Assembly: GCF_006345805.1 (NCBI RefSeq)
Contig: NC_043007.1
Coordinates: forward strand, 17,050,001-17,114,000
Direction of reading: 5' to 3'
DNA from: Octopus sinensis
Lineage: Eukaryota
Length of the DNA stretch: 64,000 nt
The notes under the pieces are model-generated. The model was not told where the DNA came from. It did no database searches and saw only the letters and a list, made by a program, of their open reading frames with translations. The position numbers and the translations under genes were made by a program. This document shows, piece after piece, positions 39,157 to 51,198 of the stretch (position 1 is its first letter; the number at the start of each line of letters is the position of its first letter).

Positions 39157-40242
39157 GTGATGTAATACCTAGCAAGCTCATTTGTTATGCTGCACTGGGA
39201 AAACATATATGGAGTTGATTTGCTTCTTGTAAGATGTTGCATTAACATGACTAATGACAACTAATCAACACACTATTAATCCTCTTAAATATGTAATATG
39301 AATCTTCAACTTCAATCTGTAATTATTTCTAAAATGTGCAAACATAAATCATATATAATCAGGTAACTAGCTACAATCTCCTAAAATTAATTTCAGGGTG
39401 GCACAGGTGGTAATGTGCTGAACAGTAATTAATTTCGTTGATTAATGACCAAGTTCAAGTCCTGTCAGTCAGCTTTGGCATTGCATTTTATCCCATTGTC
39501 GGTTTGCAGGAAATGTTTACTATATTCAGTTCAACAGACTACAACTGTTCCAACGTGTCATCTGTGTGTGTTTAGGTACAAATTATATTATGCAATAGAA
39601 ATTTATGCAGGGTCAAAGGGTCACCGACTGCCAAAACCCAAATAACAGGGTGGGCAGGGACAACAACTTAGTATATATAGGAGGTGAGTGTGTGCTTGCG
39701 TATAGATTTGAGTAACGGTATGTCTATTTGTTATTTATAAAACAGAGCTGCTATATGCGTACTAGGATCTGTAACACGGTATGTATAGTGGACCTTAAGT
39801 ATGTATGTTTAACACGGTTTATAATGACAGCCAAGTGAAAAGTACTTGTGAAGATGAACCTGATAATCTTTGGGTTTCTATTAATGCGGAGGGAGTATTT
39901 TACTAATTTTTTAAAAACTTTTATTATTATTATCATTATTATTATTTTATATGAGTTAGATGCCAGAGTAGTAGAGATAGAGCACTAAGTTAGCAGTATT
40001 TAGTTACATCTCTTTATGTTCTGAGTTCAAATTTTATCACTATCAACTTAGTCTTCCACCACAATAATTAAGGAGTCAATAGAATAAGAACCAACCATAT
40101 ATTAGAGTAAATTCAACTGGCTGTAGGAATTCAGAGAGGGAAAGATCTCATCATCCTTGCAGTTCCTCTCAGACTGATGATATCAATGTAATTCAACTCC
40201 AGCTATTATGATTGTTGTTGTGTAGCCCTGGTAAGCTAAGCA

Positions 40243-40663
40243 GGATCTTTTCGGTTTGAACAGCATTTTTTTCTAGCGGTGTCATATGAAATTGTCACCC
40301 ATAATTATGACCCTGGTATCGATCTATTGCATTTCAATCTATTTTAGGGTTAGGATTAGTTAGGGTTGGTGGGGAAGGGTATCTTTTTTCCTTCACAAAT
40401 GTAAATAAACCCAATCTGTTTCTTAAACAAGGGACATATTCATATGGCACAATGCTTTTTACCTCAATAGACATCGGTGATTGGTTGAAATTGCGTAAAT
40501 TGAAGAAAAAAAAACAACAAATATCTTAAAAACTATAGAATTTTCTCAATAAAGCCAAGAGAAAAAGATGTTTTATAAACACATTCTACCAGTATACGAT
40601 GTTTAAAATTTTTTAGTTACCTAGAAATTATGTTAAAAACTGCCGTCCAAACCGAAAAGATCT
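40243..40663. mobile_element. Second copy of the same MITE
   Basis: Same TIRs and body; TSD GCTAAGCA at 40235-40242 and 40664-40671. Confidence 0.9.
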
Positions 40664-41697
40664 GCTAAGCATTTAAACTGGACATATCATGCTAAAATAT
40701 TCCACTTGTTTTATGTTTTAACTGGCCAGATTCGGCCTCTCACACCAACCCTACAGTGTCCTTCTAAAAATAAATGATCACATCATTGAACCTCGAAGCC
40801 ACAAAATAATGCATGATTAATTCAAAATGATGTCAATAAATAAGCATTACATTTGACAGAGTAGTATGAATGCTAAAGGATTTAGCAAACCCTTGACACA
40901 CAAGTAGCAGATTGTATACCTTGGAACAATGTACTGGGCCAGGGTCCCTGATGAACCCATGTGTTGATCTAGGTCATATTGGGATCAATACTTTTGTGTT
41001 TTTATTGTCTTTATTGAGAGTAGCATTTAGGTCAAAGAACTTGTTTTATCTTCCAGGCTTGTCCTGATTGTGCTTAACTTATAGTCAAAGATATTCTCTT
41101 TGTAACCATTCCATCTTGTATTGTGATATAAAATATATGTAGGCCTACATTAATTCAATGTAGCCTTCTTTTCTTAACCCTTTCATTACCAACCTGGCTG
41201 AAACTGGCTCTGAGTACAAATGTCTTTTCATAAGTTTTGAATTAAAATCTTCCACCAAACCTTAGTCACAATTTATGTTCCTAACACTAGCTGAATGATA
41301 ACCAAGTTATTTTACCAAATTTTTCATTATATTTAAAGTAATTGAAAGAAACACAGAGCATCTCAACAGAAATACAGTAACGAAAGGGTTAATGCAGTAG
41401 ATATAATTTGAGGGTTATTTAACTGTTATTTCTGGCAAAGCAACAGTAGGGAGTTATAATTGCTAATGAAAGTAGAAGTTCTCTATCACATGTATATCTT
41501 CCTATACATTACACATTAGAGCTTTAATAAAGTGGAGATTTCAGAGTAAATTTGATACTGATCTATGATAATGATGATATTGATATACGATAGTGAGGCT
41601 AGACATGTTAGACAGTTGCTTAATAATGGTAATTTATCACAAAATATCAATAGAATCTTAATTCTAGCTATAGCAGTTTCATAGCTTTTTTATTAAG

Positions 41698-41780
41698 CTC
41701 TTCGCCATTTTATCTAATGTTGCAAGACCTTCCACACAATTTTATCAACTTTTGGAATTAGTACATCATGCCAGTCCTCA
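41698..41780 (+). CDS. Candidate exon (LFAILSNVARPSTQFYQLLELVHHASP)
   Basis: Acceptor CTTTTTTATTAAG, donor CA|GTAATA; only one frame is open. Confidence 0.3.
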
Positions 41781-42854
41781 GTAATACTCAAATTTCAAAG
41801 GGTTTCTTCCTAAGTCCTTAGACATTTGTCTCCATCTACAACAGAAAGATATTCTTACTATAGTTATTTATATAAAAAATAAATTACAAAATTCTGCATT
41901 TATATATTTAGATAGAAGTTATTATCGAACACTATTTCTTATTAGCTATCTTTGTTCTATTAATCTTCATCTCTTGTTTCTGGCTACAGTGTTTCCTTCA
42001 CTTTATTTGATTGTCTCTCTCTATATATATATTTACATTGTATGCTTGTATAAGTTGGAGGGGTTACCATGCTCTAAGTCCTTATTTGGAGTTACTTCCT
42101 TACTAAACAGTCACTAGTCTATTCCATTTTTGGCATAGTTATATAATCTTTTTCATCATTTAATGTTCACTTTTCAATGCTTGCCTGGAATTTGTTGTGT
42201 CAGATTTTCTATGACCGGCTGCCCTTCTTGTTGCCAATCATCACTTGTTTCCAAGTAGGGCATTGCCCTACTTCCCTATGACCAAATATTTTTCTTTCAC
42301 AGAACACTGAAAATGAAGAACCTTGCTTGTATGTTGATGACAATGCTCATTTACAGCCATCATGTGATGTCTAGACAAGGGTACATACATGTACAGTAGG
42401 CTTCTTTCAGTTTCCTTCATTCACAAGGTTTTCATTGACCTGAGGCTATAGTTGAAGACACTTGCCCAAGGTACCACACAGTGGGATTGAACCTGAGACA
42501 ACATGATTGGGCAACAAGCATCCCTCTCACATCCAAAAATACTCACACTTTTTTCAGGATTAAACTTGGAACTAATATTTAGATCTTAGAATACTGAATA
42601 TTCTAGTTATCTATGATGCCATGGTCCCTGTGGTAGAAATATCTCTGAGTCCAAGAGTATGTGTACAGGTATCATTATACCTAAAGATGGTAGAATATAT
42701 AACCAGTTAAAAACTATAAAGATGATATCTTTACTGTTACATTTAACTATTTTATAAAATAAGCAAAAGCGGTTGAGTATCCATGATCATTATAAGCCCC
42801 TTTTTAGGTTTGTCATTCAGCTCTTATATCTGTAGGTAATGTGTATAGAGAAAA

Positions 42855-43085
42855 GGTGGCGAGCTGGCAGAAACGTTAGCACGCCGGGCAAAATGCTTGT
42901 CGGTATTTTGTCTGCCGCTACGTTCTGAGTTCAAATTCCGATGAGGTCAACTTTGCTTTTCATCCTTTCGGGGTCGATAAATTATGTACCAGTTACGCAC
43001 TGGGGTCAATGTAATCGACTTAATCCCTTTGTCTGACCTTGTTTGTCCTCTCTGTGTTTAGCCCCTTGTGGGTAGTAAAGAAATA
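42855..43085 (+). mobile_element. SINE family B copy with long target-site duplication
   Basis: AATGTGTATAGAGAAAAGG occurs at about 42838-42856 and again at about 43086-43104. Confidence 0.85.
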
Positions 43086-44407
43086 AATGTGTATAGAGAA
43101 AAGGGCAGACTCAGAGTTGTGGATGTTTGAGTACTCAGACAATGAAGACGATGGAAGCAGGAGAGATAGATAGATGAGCTTGAGTCGAGATGGTTTAATG
43201 ATAATTCAGAGAAACATATTTTTACGTAGTCGCTATAGAAGGAAGAGAAAGGAAACAGTATGTGTGTGTGTGTGAATAAGTCAAAATCAAAACCATTATT
43301 ACTACTCTGGAATATTCTAATCTGAGAGAGACAGTAAAACACTTTTTCAGAACTATGCAGAACGATGCAAGAATAACATTAATACAAATGACAATTTTGC
43401 CAACAGCATTTTCATGTTGACAGTCTGGGATTTAGGTTGTAGATAGAATAAAACAGTAAACGCTTCCATTGGGAATATTTGTTATTCTTCTGGCATTTGG
43501 TGTCTTTGAAAAGCTTTTTAGTATTCAGATGATTTTTATTTTTGTTCTGTTGTTCTTGTCATATTGTCAGTTCACTTTTATTTATTTATTTTTTTCTTCT
43601 CTTTTCAAGGCTATAGTTTATTCCGCTTAGTAATTGTTGATGGATTGGCATGCTGTATACTATCACTATCTACATATTCCCTCACAATACTGATCAATGC
43701 ATGGGCCTGGTGTTTGAGAATCACTGTGTCAGAATATATCTCTGAATTTCTTTTTACTTTTTTCTTTCATGTATATCTTAGGAATGCTCAATAGTATACT
43801 TACAACTGCAGATGATGATGATGATGTACCAGTTTGAGATCTGACAAGAACAAACTGTGCAGCTACAGACCCATTTGAATTCCTTGTCAGAAGCATTCCT
43901 GGTCATCTGATGCATTCTCGTTTCAATAACTACAAAATAAAATCCTTATATAAATGATATATACAAGTTTTTATATATCATCCCATTTTCCAGGCTGGCA
44001 TAAGTTGGACATTTTGATGGGATCTGGCAAGCCTGCTGGGCTGTGTCAAACTCTAGTGTCAGCTTTGGTATGTTTTCTACAGCTGGATGCCCTTCCTAAT
44101 GCCAACCACTTAAGTGTGTACTGAGGACTTCTTTTTTCTGTCACTGACTCTGGTATGGTTGCTAAGTAACTTGCAAGACAGAAAATGAACAGAAAAATGC
44201 CCCTTCAAAAAAGTACATGTGGTAGTGGTGGGGATTTTTTGAGAGGAGGGGCATGGCTTTCTGCCAGGTGTTGAGGGGCTAAGTATGACGGAAGGACAAA
44301 CACAGGTGTCTTGCAATATAGAAGATGCATGGCTACCTTACATTACATAAGGGTGGGAGTGAGTTTCATCATTCTAATTTGTTTTGTTTTTTTTATGCTG
44401 GTAAGAG

Positions 44408-44579
44408 TTGGACAAATGTAGCAGTATCTCACTTTGCTACCTTCATCATGTGGCAGACACCGAATAGAGAAAAACTGGCAAACTCTGTTGCATATCTTAA
44501 TAATTTTGGCATGGTTTCCATGCTGGATACTTTACAATGTCAAATAGATGCATTGTATAGAGCCATCAGCACTAGAAAG
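44408..44579 (+). CDS. Candidate exon within the 129-codon ORF 44325-44714 (WTNVAVSHFATFIMWQ...ALYRAISTRK)
   Basis: Long non-repetitive ORF with protein-like composition. Its splice phases are compatible with 41698-41780 and 45015-45099. The acceptor context is atypical. Confidence 0.3.
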
Positions 44580-45014
44580 GTTGTTCCTGACAAAACTCGA
44601 GAATCTCCTCTATCCAGCATCATGTCCATTTGTTCTTTCCTTATTGATGTGACTCTTACGACTGGATGTTCTTCCTATCACAAACTACATATACTACGAT
44701 ACAGCGAGTTTTAAGTAATATTTTGTTATATAGTAAGTCTAAGTTTAAACAAATTATAAGCGCTTTCTTTGCATATTATATATTTAATGTTTTATAATGC
44801 ACTTTCTTTTGTGTAAATGGGTTTTGTCTCAAATTCAAGAAATATGGATTAGTAGTCCTATACACACAGCCTCCTAGTTTGTTGACATAGTCAGCACTTC
44901 ACTTTCAATGATGTTTTTATATTCTTATATAAAATAAAATCTCTGTGTAAACCTGACGGTATAACTATTAGTCTAATGAAAGTCTGGAGAGGAATTAACT
45001 GATGTTGTTGCTAG

Positions 45015-45099
45015 GAATGCGACACAAGAAAATTCCAAGACAAAGGCTTTAATGCTATGACAGTGATAATAAAAATATTAAGTAGCTTACTACTTGGAA
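45015..45099 (+). CDS. Candidate exon (ECDTRKFQDKGFNAMTVIIKILSSLLLG)
   Basis: Acceptor GTTGTTGCTAG, donor AA|GTAATT, open frame. Confidence 0.3.
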
Positions 45100-47091
45100 G
45101 TAATTCAGTATTACTTCTTATAGTTTTAGTGAAAGTTTAAAATAATCTGTTTATTGAAACTTTTTCATATGTTCAATGTTCATAAACTTCACATCTGCCT
45201 TTTCCTCTCTCTCTCTTTCTGTCTCTTTCTAGCTTTCCATACACACACTATTTATCTACATTGGACTCACAATCACCCTCTTACTCTTCTTTATTTCCCA
45301 TCTTAGTTGTAAGCCTACATGTGGTATCACTATTTTTCAAGATAATCAGTTTGTTTGGTGTGCATCAATTTTTCCTGTGTATCCTCATTCAAACCTGTTA
45401 CCATAAACCATTAATCTAAATATTTCTTTACTGCCCACAAGGGGCTAAACATAGAGGGGTCAAACAAGGACAGACAAAGGGAATAAGTCAATTACATCGA
45501 CCCCAGTGCGAAACTGGTACTTTATTTATCGACCCTGAAAGGATGAAAGGCAAAGTCGACCTCGACGGAATTTGAACTCAGAACGTAACGACAGACGAAA
45601 TACCGCTAAGCATTTCACCCGGTGCGCTAACGTTTCTGCCAGCTCGCCACCTTAACCATTAATCTATATGTCAAACTCATTACTCTCACTCTCCACCAGC
45701 TCTTTTAACTTGCTCTTTTTGTCATGCATCTCTTTTGGTATCTATGATATTGTATTCACTCTGTTATGAAAGAAACCCCGTGACTCTTCACATAAGAGGT
45801 TAGCTTCTTAGCCAAGGGAACACTATTGCTCTCCTACAGCTTTCAGACTAAAGAGACAAAAAAAAAAAATGTGTGGTTGAGAAGTTTTTCTTAACCACAT
45901 GGTTTTTGTAATTCTGCTGCATGGAACACTGGGCAAATATCTTGTATTATAGCCTCAGGCTGACCAAAGACTTATAAGTGGTTTTGGTAGATGGAAATTG
46001 AAAGAAACTTTTTGTGCATGTTCGTGTGTGTGTATATTCATATGTATATATGTGTGTATTTGTGTTTTTGAGCAAGACACTTCATTTCACGTTGTTCCAG
46101 TTAACTCAGCTGTAGAAATGAGTTGCTACATCACAGGTGCCAAGCTGTATTGGCCGTTGCCTTTCCCTTGGACAACATCAGTGGTGTGGAGAGGAGAGGC
46201 TGGTATGCATGGGCAACTGCTAGCCTTCCACAAACAATCTTGCCCTGACTTGTTCCTCAGAGGTAACTTTCTAGGTGCAATCCCATGGTCATAATGACCA
46301 AAGGGGGGGGTCTCCTCTTCCCCCTCCTCTGTGTCTCCATGTCTTGACATTGTATGGTAGTTGTAAATGAGTATCACCATTATACAAGTAGTGTCCTCCA
46401 TTTCCAACCTGCCATGAAAACATGACTGGCTATGGAGTAATATTACCTTGCTTGGAAACAGGTGAGGGTTGATGACAGGAAGAGCATCCAGCCATTAAAA
46501 AATCTTCAACAACCTCTGCCTGACCCATTGCAAGCATGGAAAAGTAGACCTTACAACAATGTCAATGTTCCATTCAGTCTCAATATTTTCTTTTCTCGGG
46601 CAGGATTTTGGCAGAATTGTTTGTTTTTTTTCGGGCAAAATGCCTTGTGGTATTTGTATTTAGTTACAGCCCTTTTTGTTCCTCGTTAAAACCCTGCCAA
46701 GGTCAACTTTACCTTTTATCCTTCTGGGATCAATAAAATAAATTACCAGTCAAGTACTGTGTTGATATAATCTATTATACTCCCCCACCTGCCAAAAAAC
46801 AAAAACCAACCCAATTGTGGCTGTCTCCCAATGTTTGAAATCAATATTTTAATATCACTATTAGTTGTTGTGTCTGTATTGTTTCATCTAACCATTGTAA
46901 ACATTGCACATTTGATGTGGCTTGTTGTTAATATCATGCTATTATGTCGATGTGATTATAAAGCAATGAACTTCTGTGTTGAATATATTCTATAAACATG
47001 AATAATATATACACACACTTTCTACTTATTGATGAAATTGTTTTCAATCATAACTTTCGAAATTTCATCAATGTCAAATTTATTTCTATCA

Positions 47092-47137
<46 letters not shown>

Positions 47138-47194
47138 CATTATTGGTGAATTGAAGAAATGGAGCTGAACGCAGATTGAACAGAAATCGTTTTA

Positions 47195-47284
47195 TTTCAT
47201 TCTACACGTGTTTCGAAAGGCACAAATTACCAAAATCCGATTGAATAATGGGACCATATTGTGTCTTTCTCTTCAGGAAGAAAA
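47195..47284 (-). ncRNA. Type I hammerhead ribozyme in the 3' pLTR (sense to the ORF)
   Basis: Minus strand reads TTTTCTTC-CTGAAGA-GAAAGACAC...GTGCCTTTC-GAA-ACACGTGT-A-GAATGAAA: intact core, long stem II, palindromic stem III, GUA cleavage triplet, and stem I with one mismatch and one G-U pair. Confidence 0.85.
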
Positions 47285-47881
47285 AAGGAAATCCGTTGGA
47301 AAAACAAAAACAGAACAGAGGCAGAGCAAAAAACAAATCGAACTGTGCTCCTAAGAGCCCATGGCGAAACTGTTTATCAGTGTATGTTGAGAACCGGTGG
47401 CTGAAGAATTCAACAGGTCAGGCATCGGTCAAACATGTGGGTGAGGGTGTATAGATGTTCTTTGTGACCGAGAATAAAGTTCTGACTATTTAAAGAATAT
47501 TGGATGTTTTATAAGGGGCGAGAAAAAATCTACTTAGAGACGTGTGTGTGTGTATACTGTTCTATATATGTGTGTGTTGGCGTAGGGGTAGAAAACATTT
47601 TTTGTGTACGTGTGTGCGTTTGATCGTTCGGCTGTCAGTGGCTACTGCCGTGATAACCGTTGGGTGGCAGGAAGAAAAAAAATAAAGAAATTATATATAT
47701 ATATTTTATGTTTTATGTGTGTGTGTGTGTGTTCATCTAAGCCTACCTTGACAAGGAAACCCCCCGCTGTGAAAAAACAAGCCCCGTTTGTCTTACAGGA
47801 GTAATTTCCCTTGCAGTGGTTAATTGTAGATATCTTAAAATCTATTTCAGAATTTGTTACCAAGGGCTATGGGTGCCGGTC

Positions 47882-50580
47882 TTATTTATAAACGCTATTT
47901 AAGGCCAGATAAGTGTAACGCCGCCAATGGGGGCATCGAAAAGCCGACTGTAAGAGCCCGTTTACCATCCGGCCTCTGGCAAACAAAATATGGAAGAGTT
48001 CGGAGACACAAAGGTTGCACTGTCTTCTGCCCCTATCAAATGGGAGGGCCACCGACAAAATTGACCATTCCAGCCTATAGCTTAAGTTCGCATCCTTCAG
48101 TCGCCATATTAGCTTACTGAGTCCCGTGGTCTGGCGCTTGTTCACGTCCCGAAAAGTTGCGTAATGGTTGGAGACACGCAAAGACAATCTTGAGGACGAT
48201 GCCCCTATATAAGTGAAGGCATCTGAGTCCGTGTAAACCTTGCATTGGTAGACGGCGTTTTTGATCTTGGAGTTCGCCGATGTGAATCTTACTCTGCTAG
48301 GATTGGTTTCTGAAATTAGAACTGCGTTCCTGTCACTATATTCGTTCCGAGACCTGCAGCCGCTTACTACTCTATTTTCCACTACGTCACTATTAACTAT
48401 AGGAATAACCCCTGATTCTCCACTATCTATCAGAGTGCTGTCATTGCTACTGCCCGTGGTACTGCTATTGCGGGAATGATGCTGGGGATGCTAAAGGGGC
48501 TCTCTACCCTACTCCCATTGTTACCATCAACCACAACACCCCTATTTATAACTATACCCCTAGTGGGTACTCCCTGGCTGGAGCTGAGATTATGTGTCAC
48601 TGTACTGGCTCTCATATCATTATTACTACTATAATTATTCCTACTGAGCATTAAGCCGGGAGCGGAAGAGGCTGTGCCTCCGGAAAAAGGTGATAGGGTC
48701 TTAGTAAGTAGCCTATTATTATGGGAGGCGATTATCTGGGCGAGGTTTTTAGTGTTGGAGAAAGCTATCCTAACTTTATGTGAGTTAACCGTGGAGTAAT
48801 ATTTGGAATTTCTGGGGAAGTTATTGGCGATGGCTTGTCTAAACATGAGGGGGAGGTTAGTTCTAATCTGCTTACCAAAGGGGATTACAAACCATATATG
48901 CTTATTCCTATCAGTGTGATGGGTCGGGACGCCAGCTCTCGCATTTGGGTGGGTGATTCTCGGATGAATAACGGGTCTTGGGTTAGTGTAAGACCTCCCG
49001 GACCGATAATTATCCTTGTTCGCTAAATTAAATGCGGGAGCGACTACCCCGGTATCCGCCGCGCTCCCGTCCTTACTTAAAATGTTAATGTTATTATATA
49101 CGGCCCTATCCTGATGACCGAATGATGGCATCGGAAGGGCCGGATCAATATAAATTACCTTCTGCCTATAACCGGCCTTGGATAGTGCGGCGTTATAAAA
49201 ATCCGCTTTCTGCATAAAAATATCGGCACTGGCGGACAGGCCAGACAATCTTAGAGAGATGTTTTTAACCAAATTGTCTGTTACGGTTTTGGCATGATTT
49301 GAGAAGACACTGACATACTTCAAATTAGTGGAAGGCTTATGGTAAGGGCAGTATGAGTCGCTATTAAGGTTAAGTGTAACGTCTAGGAAATTAGCCTTGG
49401 TGAGTTCGTTATCAAAAACTATACTCATGCCCATTCTATTAAAAAACCTAGCTAACCTGCTCTTAGTTTTCTGCACTATTCTGTTCGTGGTGTTTTGCAG
49501 GTAAAACAGACAATCGTCACGATACAGGCCGCCCGCGATTCAGGGAATTGATCGGACAATTCGTAGAGAATATATATTCCGACCAAATCGGCTATCTGCG
49601 CACTATCCGAACTACCCATAGGCACATCAAATTCATTGGGAGTATCCTTACGGATCCACAGCTTATTATCAAACTTAATAAACGATTTCCTGGCAACTAA
49701 AATGATATCTATCTCTTCTCTGGTGAGGCCTGCCTTGTTGTGAGCATGCCAGAGGGCCTTATTTAGCACACTAGGGTTAATCGAGGGGTAGAAGCTGGCG
49801 ATATCAAACTGAATGAACCTAGTACGGTTCTTATTGGGGATGGAAGAGAACCACTTCACTACCTGCGAGGAGTTGGCCCAGAGGCTGAGCTTCAGCTTGT
49901 TTACTAAACTAGGGATATATTTATCTAAAATGTACTTACTGATTATCCCGATATCAGATCTAGCAGGGCATATGAGTCTTAGCGCTGGGTTGGTGTGGAA
50001 GTTAGGTTTATGGTCCTTCACTATAAATCTGGGTTGCTGGGGCTAAGCGGCTGAGTTCTCATTTGAATTCGGTGTTTAAATATTATATCCTTAATTCCAA
50101 GTTTACCTTCCTCAGGGTACTCCAATTGGTTTTTCTATAATTTTTCTTGATCTCTTTACCGAGTAAATCTAGGTACTGCTTAATGGGCATCTTGTATGTG
50201 TTCCTGGTCTTGTCGGACTGGACCAGGACTCCGTCCGTTCTATTAATGTCCTTGGTAATTTTATCTAGGTATCTGAGGTGGGCATTTCTCCTGGGTGACT
50301 TCCTGAACTTAATCTTTCTGACTATGTCCCACAAGTCGTCCTCAAACTTCTTCAGTCTTGGGTTCGGTGGCGGCGTATCCAATGTTTTAAAAAGCCGGCC
50401 GTATTCGGACGATGCAGTTGTCCGGTTCGATTTTAGATCTTCGTTCTCGTGGAAGAAAATGAGCCATCTTATTCGGTTTATGAATGCGTTGGTTTTACAA
50501 ACCAACTCCTTAAGGAAGGCATCCTTTGGTGGTATAGGAATATCCTTAAGGGACGCATCAATCTCGAACAGTTTCGCCAT
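47882..50580 (-). pseudogene. PLE RT-GIY-YIG polyprotein, about 900 aa, broken by four -1 frameshifts
   Basis: ORF track pieces 50083-50580, 49476-50021, 48430-49476 and 47882-48382, plus a short bridging frame (about 50040-50105, KLGIKDIIFKHRIQMRTQPLSPSNP). Each step is a -1 shift. 2699 nt + 4 nt = 901 codons with no in-frame stop needed. Confidence 0.85.
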
Positions 50581-50656
50581 GGGCTCTTAGGAGCACAGTT
50601 CGATTTGTTTTTTGCTCTGCCTCTGTTCTGTTTTTGTTTTTCCAACGGATTTCCTT

Positions 50657-50746
50657 TTTTCTTCCTGAAGAGAAAGACACAATATGGTCCCATTATTCAA
50701 TCGGATTTTGGTAATTTGTGCCTTTCGAAACACGTGTAGAATGAAA
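50657..50746 (+). ncRNA. Type I hammerhead ribozyme in the inverted 5' pLTR
   Basis: CTGAAGA 50665-50671, stem II 50672-50726, GAAA 50727-50730, ACACGTGT palindrome, GUA with predicted cleavage after 50738. Mirror copy of 47195-47284. Confidence 0.85.
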
Positions 50747-50810
50747 TAAAACGATTTCTGTTCAATCTGCGTTCAGCTCCATTTCTTCAATTCACCAATA
50801 ATGTTTTAAT

Positions 50811-50954
50811 TTCATTATCCGCACCAACGCACGGTTGCAACGCCAGATGGTTGTACCTCCAACCGTGCTGTTCACTGCTGTGATTTTTGCTACTAAGGTA
50901 TCGGTTAAACTTTTGATTAATCCACTACAAGATTATTCATCTTTCTATTTCACA

Positions 50955-50993
<39 letters not shown>

Positions 50994-51132
50994 TGAAATA
51001 GAAAGATGAATAATCTTGTTGCAGATTAATCAAAAGTTTAACCGATACCTTGGTAGCAAAAATCACAGCAGAAGACAGCACGGTTGGAGGTACAACCATA
51101 TGGTGTTGCAACCGTGCGTTGGTGTGGATAAT
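50811..51132. repeat. Fold-back element: ~140-bp inverted arms around (TA)n
   Basis: ATTATCCGCACCAACGCACGGTTG...TTTCAC (50811-50953) versus GTGAAATAG...GGTGTGGATAAT (about 50993-51132). Confidence 0.85.
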
Positions 51133-51167
51133 TAATTCAAATAAAATTAAAATATTAAAATAATATT

Positions 51168-51198
<31 letters not shown>

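Larger units (their letters stand above)
47136..50805 (-). mobile_element. Penelope-like retroelement (RT + C-terminal GIY-YIG endonuclease) with inverted pseudo-LTRs
   Basis: Minus-strand ORF pieces give the PLE-type N-terminus SLKDIPIP, then KDHKPNF, RT motifs FDIASFYPSI, MGSSDSAQIADL and GLYRDDCL (YRDD at 49513-49524), thumb HIWFVIPF, and EN motifs NAVYQCKV...YIG...LRVSNH...CNLC...CPH. 47136-47374 and 50567-50805 are reverse complements (239 bp). The left flank is a (TA)n/(CA)n tract. Confidence 0.93.

Noticed and set aside
47029-47071. TTGATGAAATT...AATTTCATCAA hairpin with CGAAA
   Set aside because: Stems I, II and III cannot be formed consistently on either strand; it is a simple inverted repeat.
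50147-50590. 147-aa plus-strand ORF
   Set aside because: It is the antisense shadow of the PLE N-terminal coding region.
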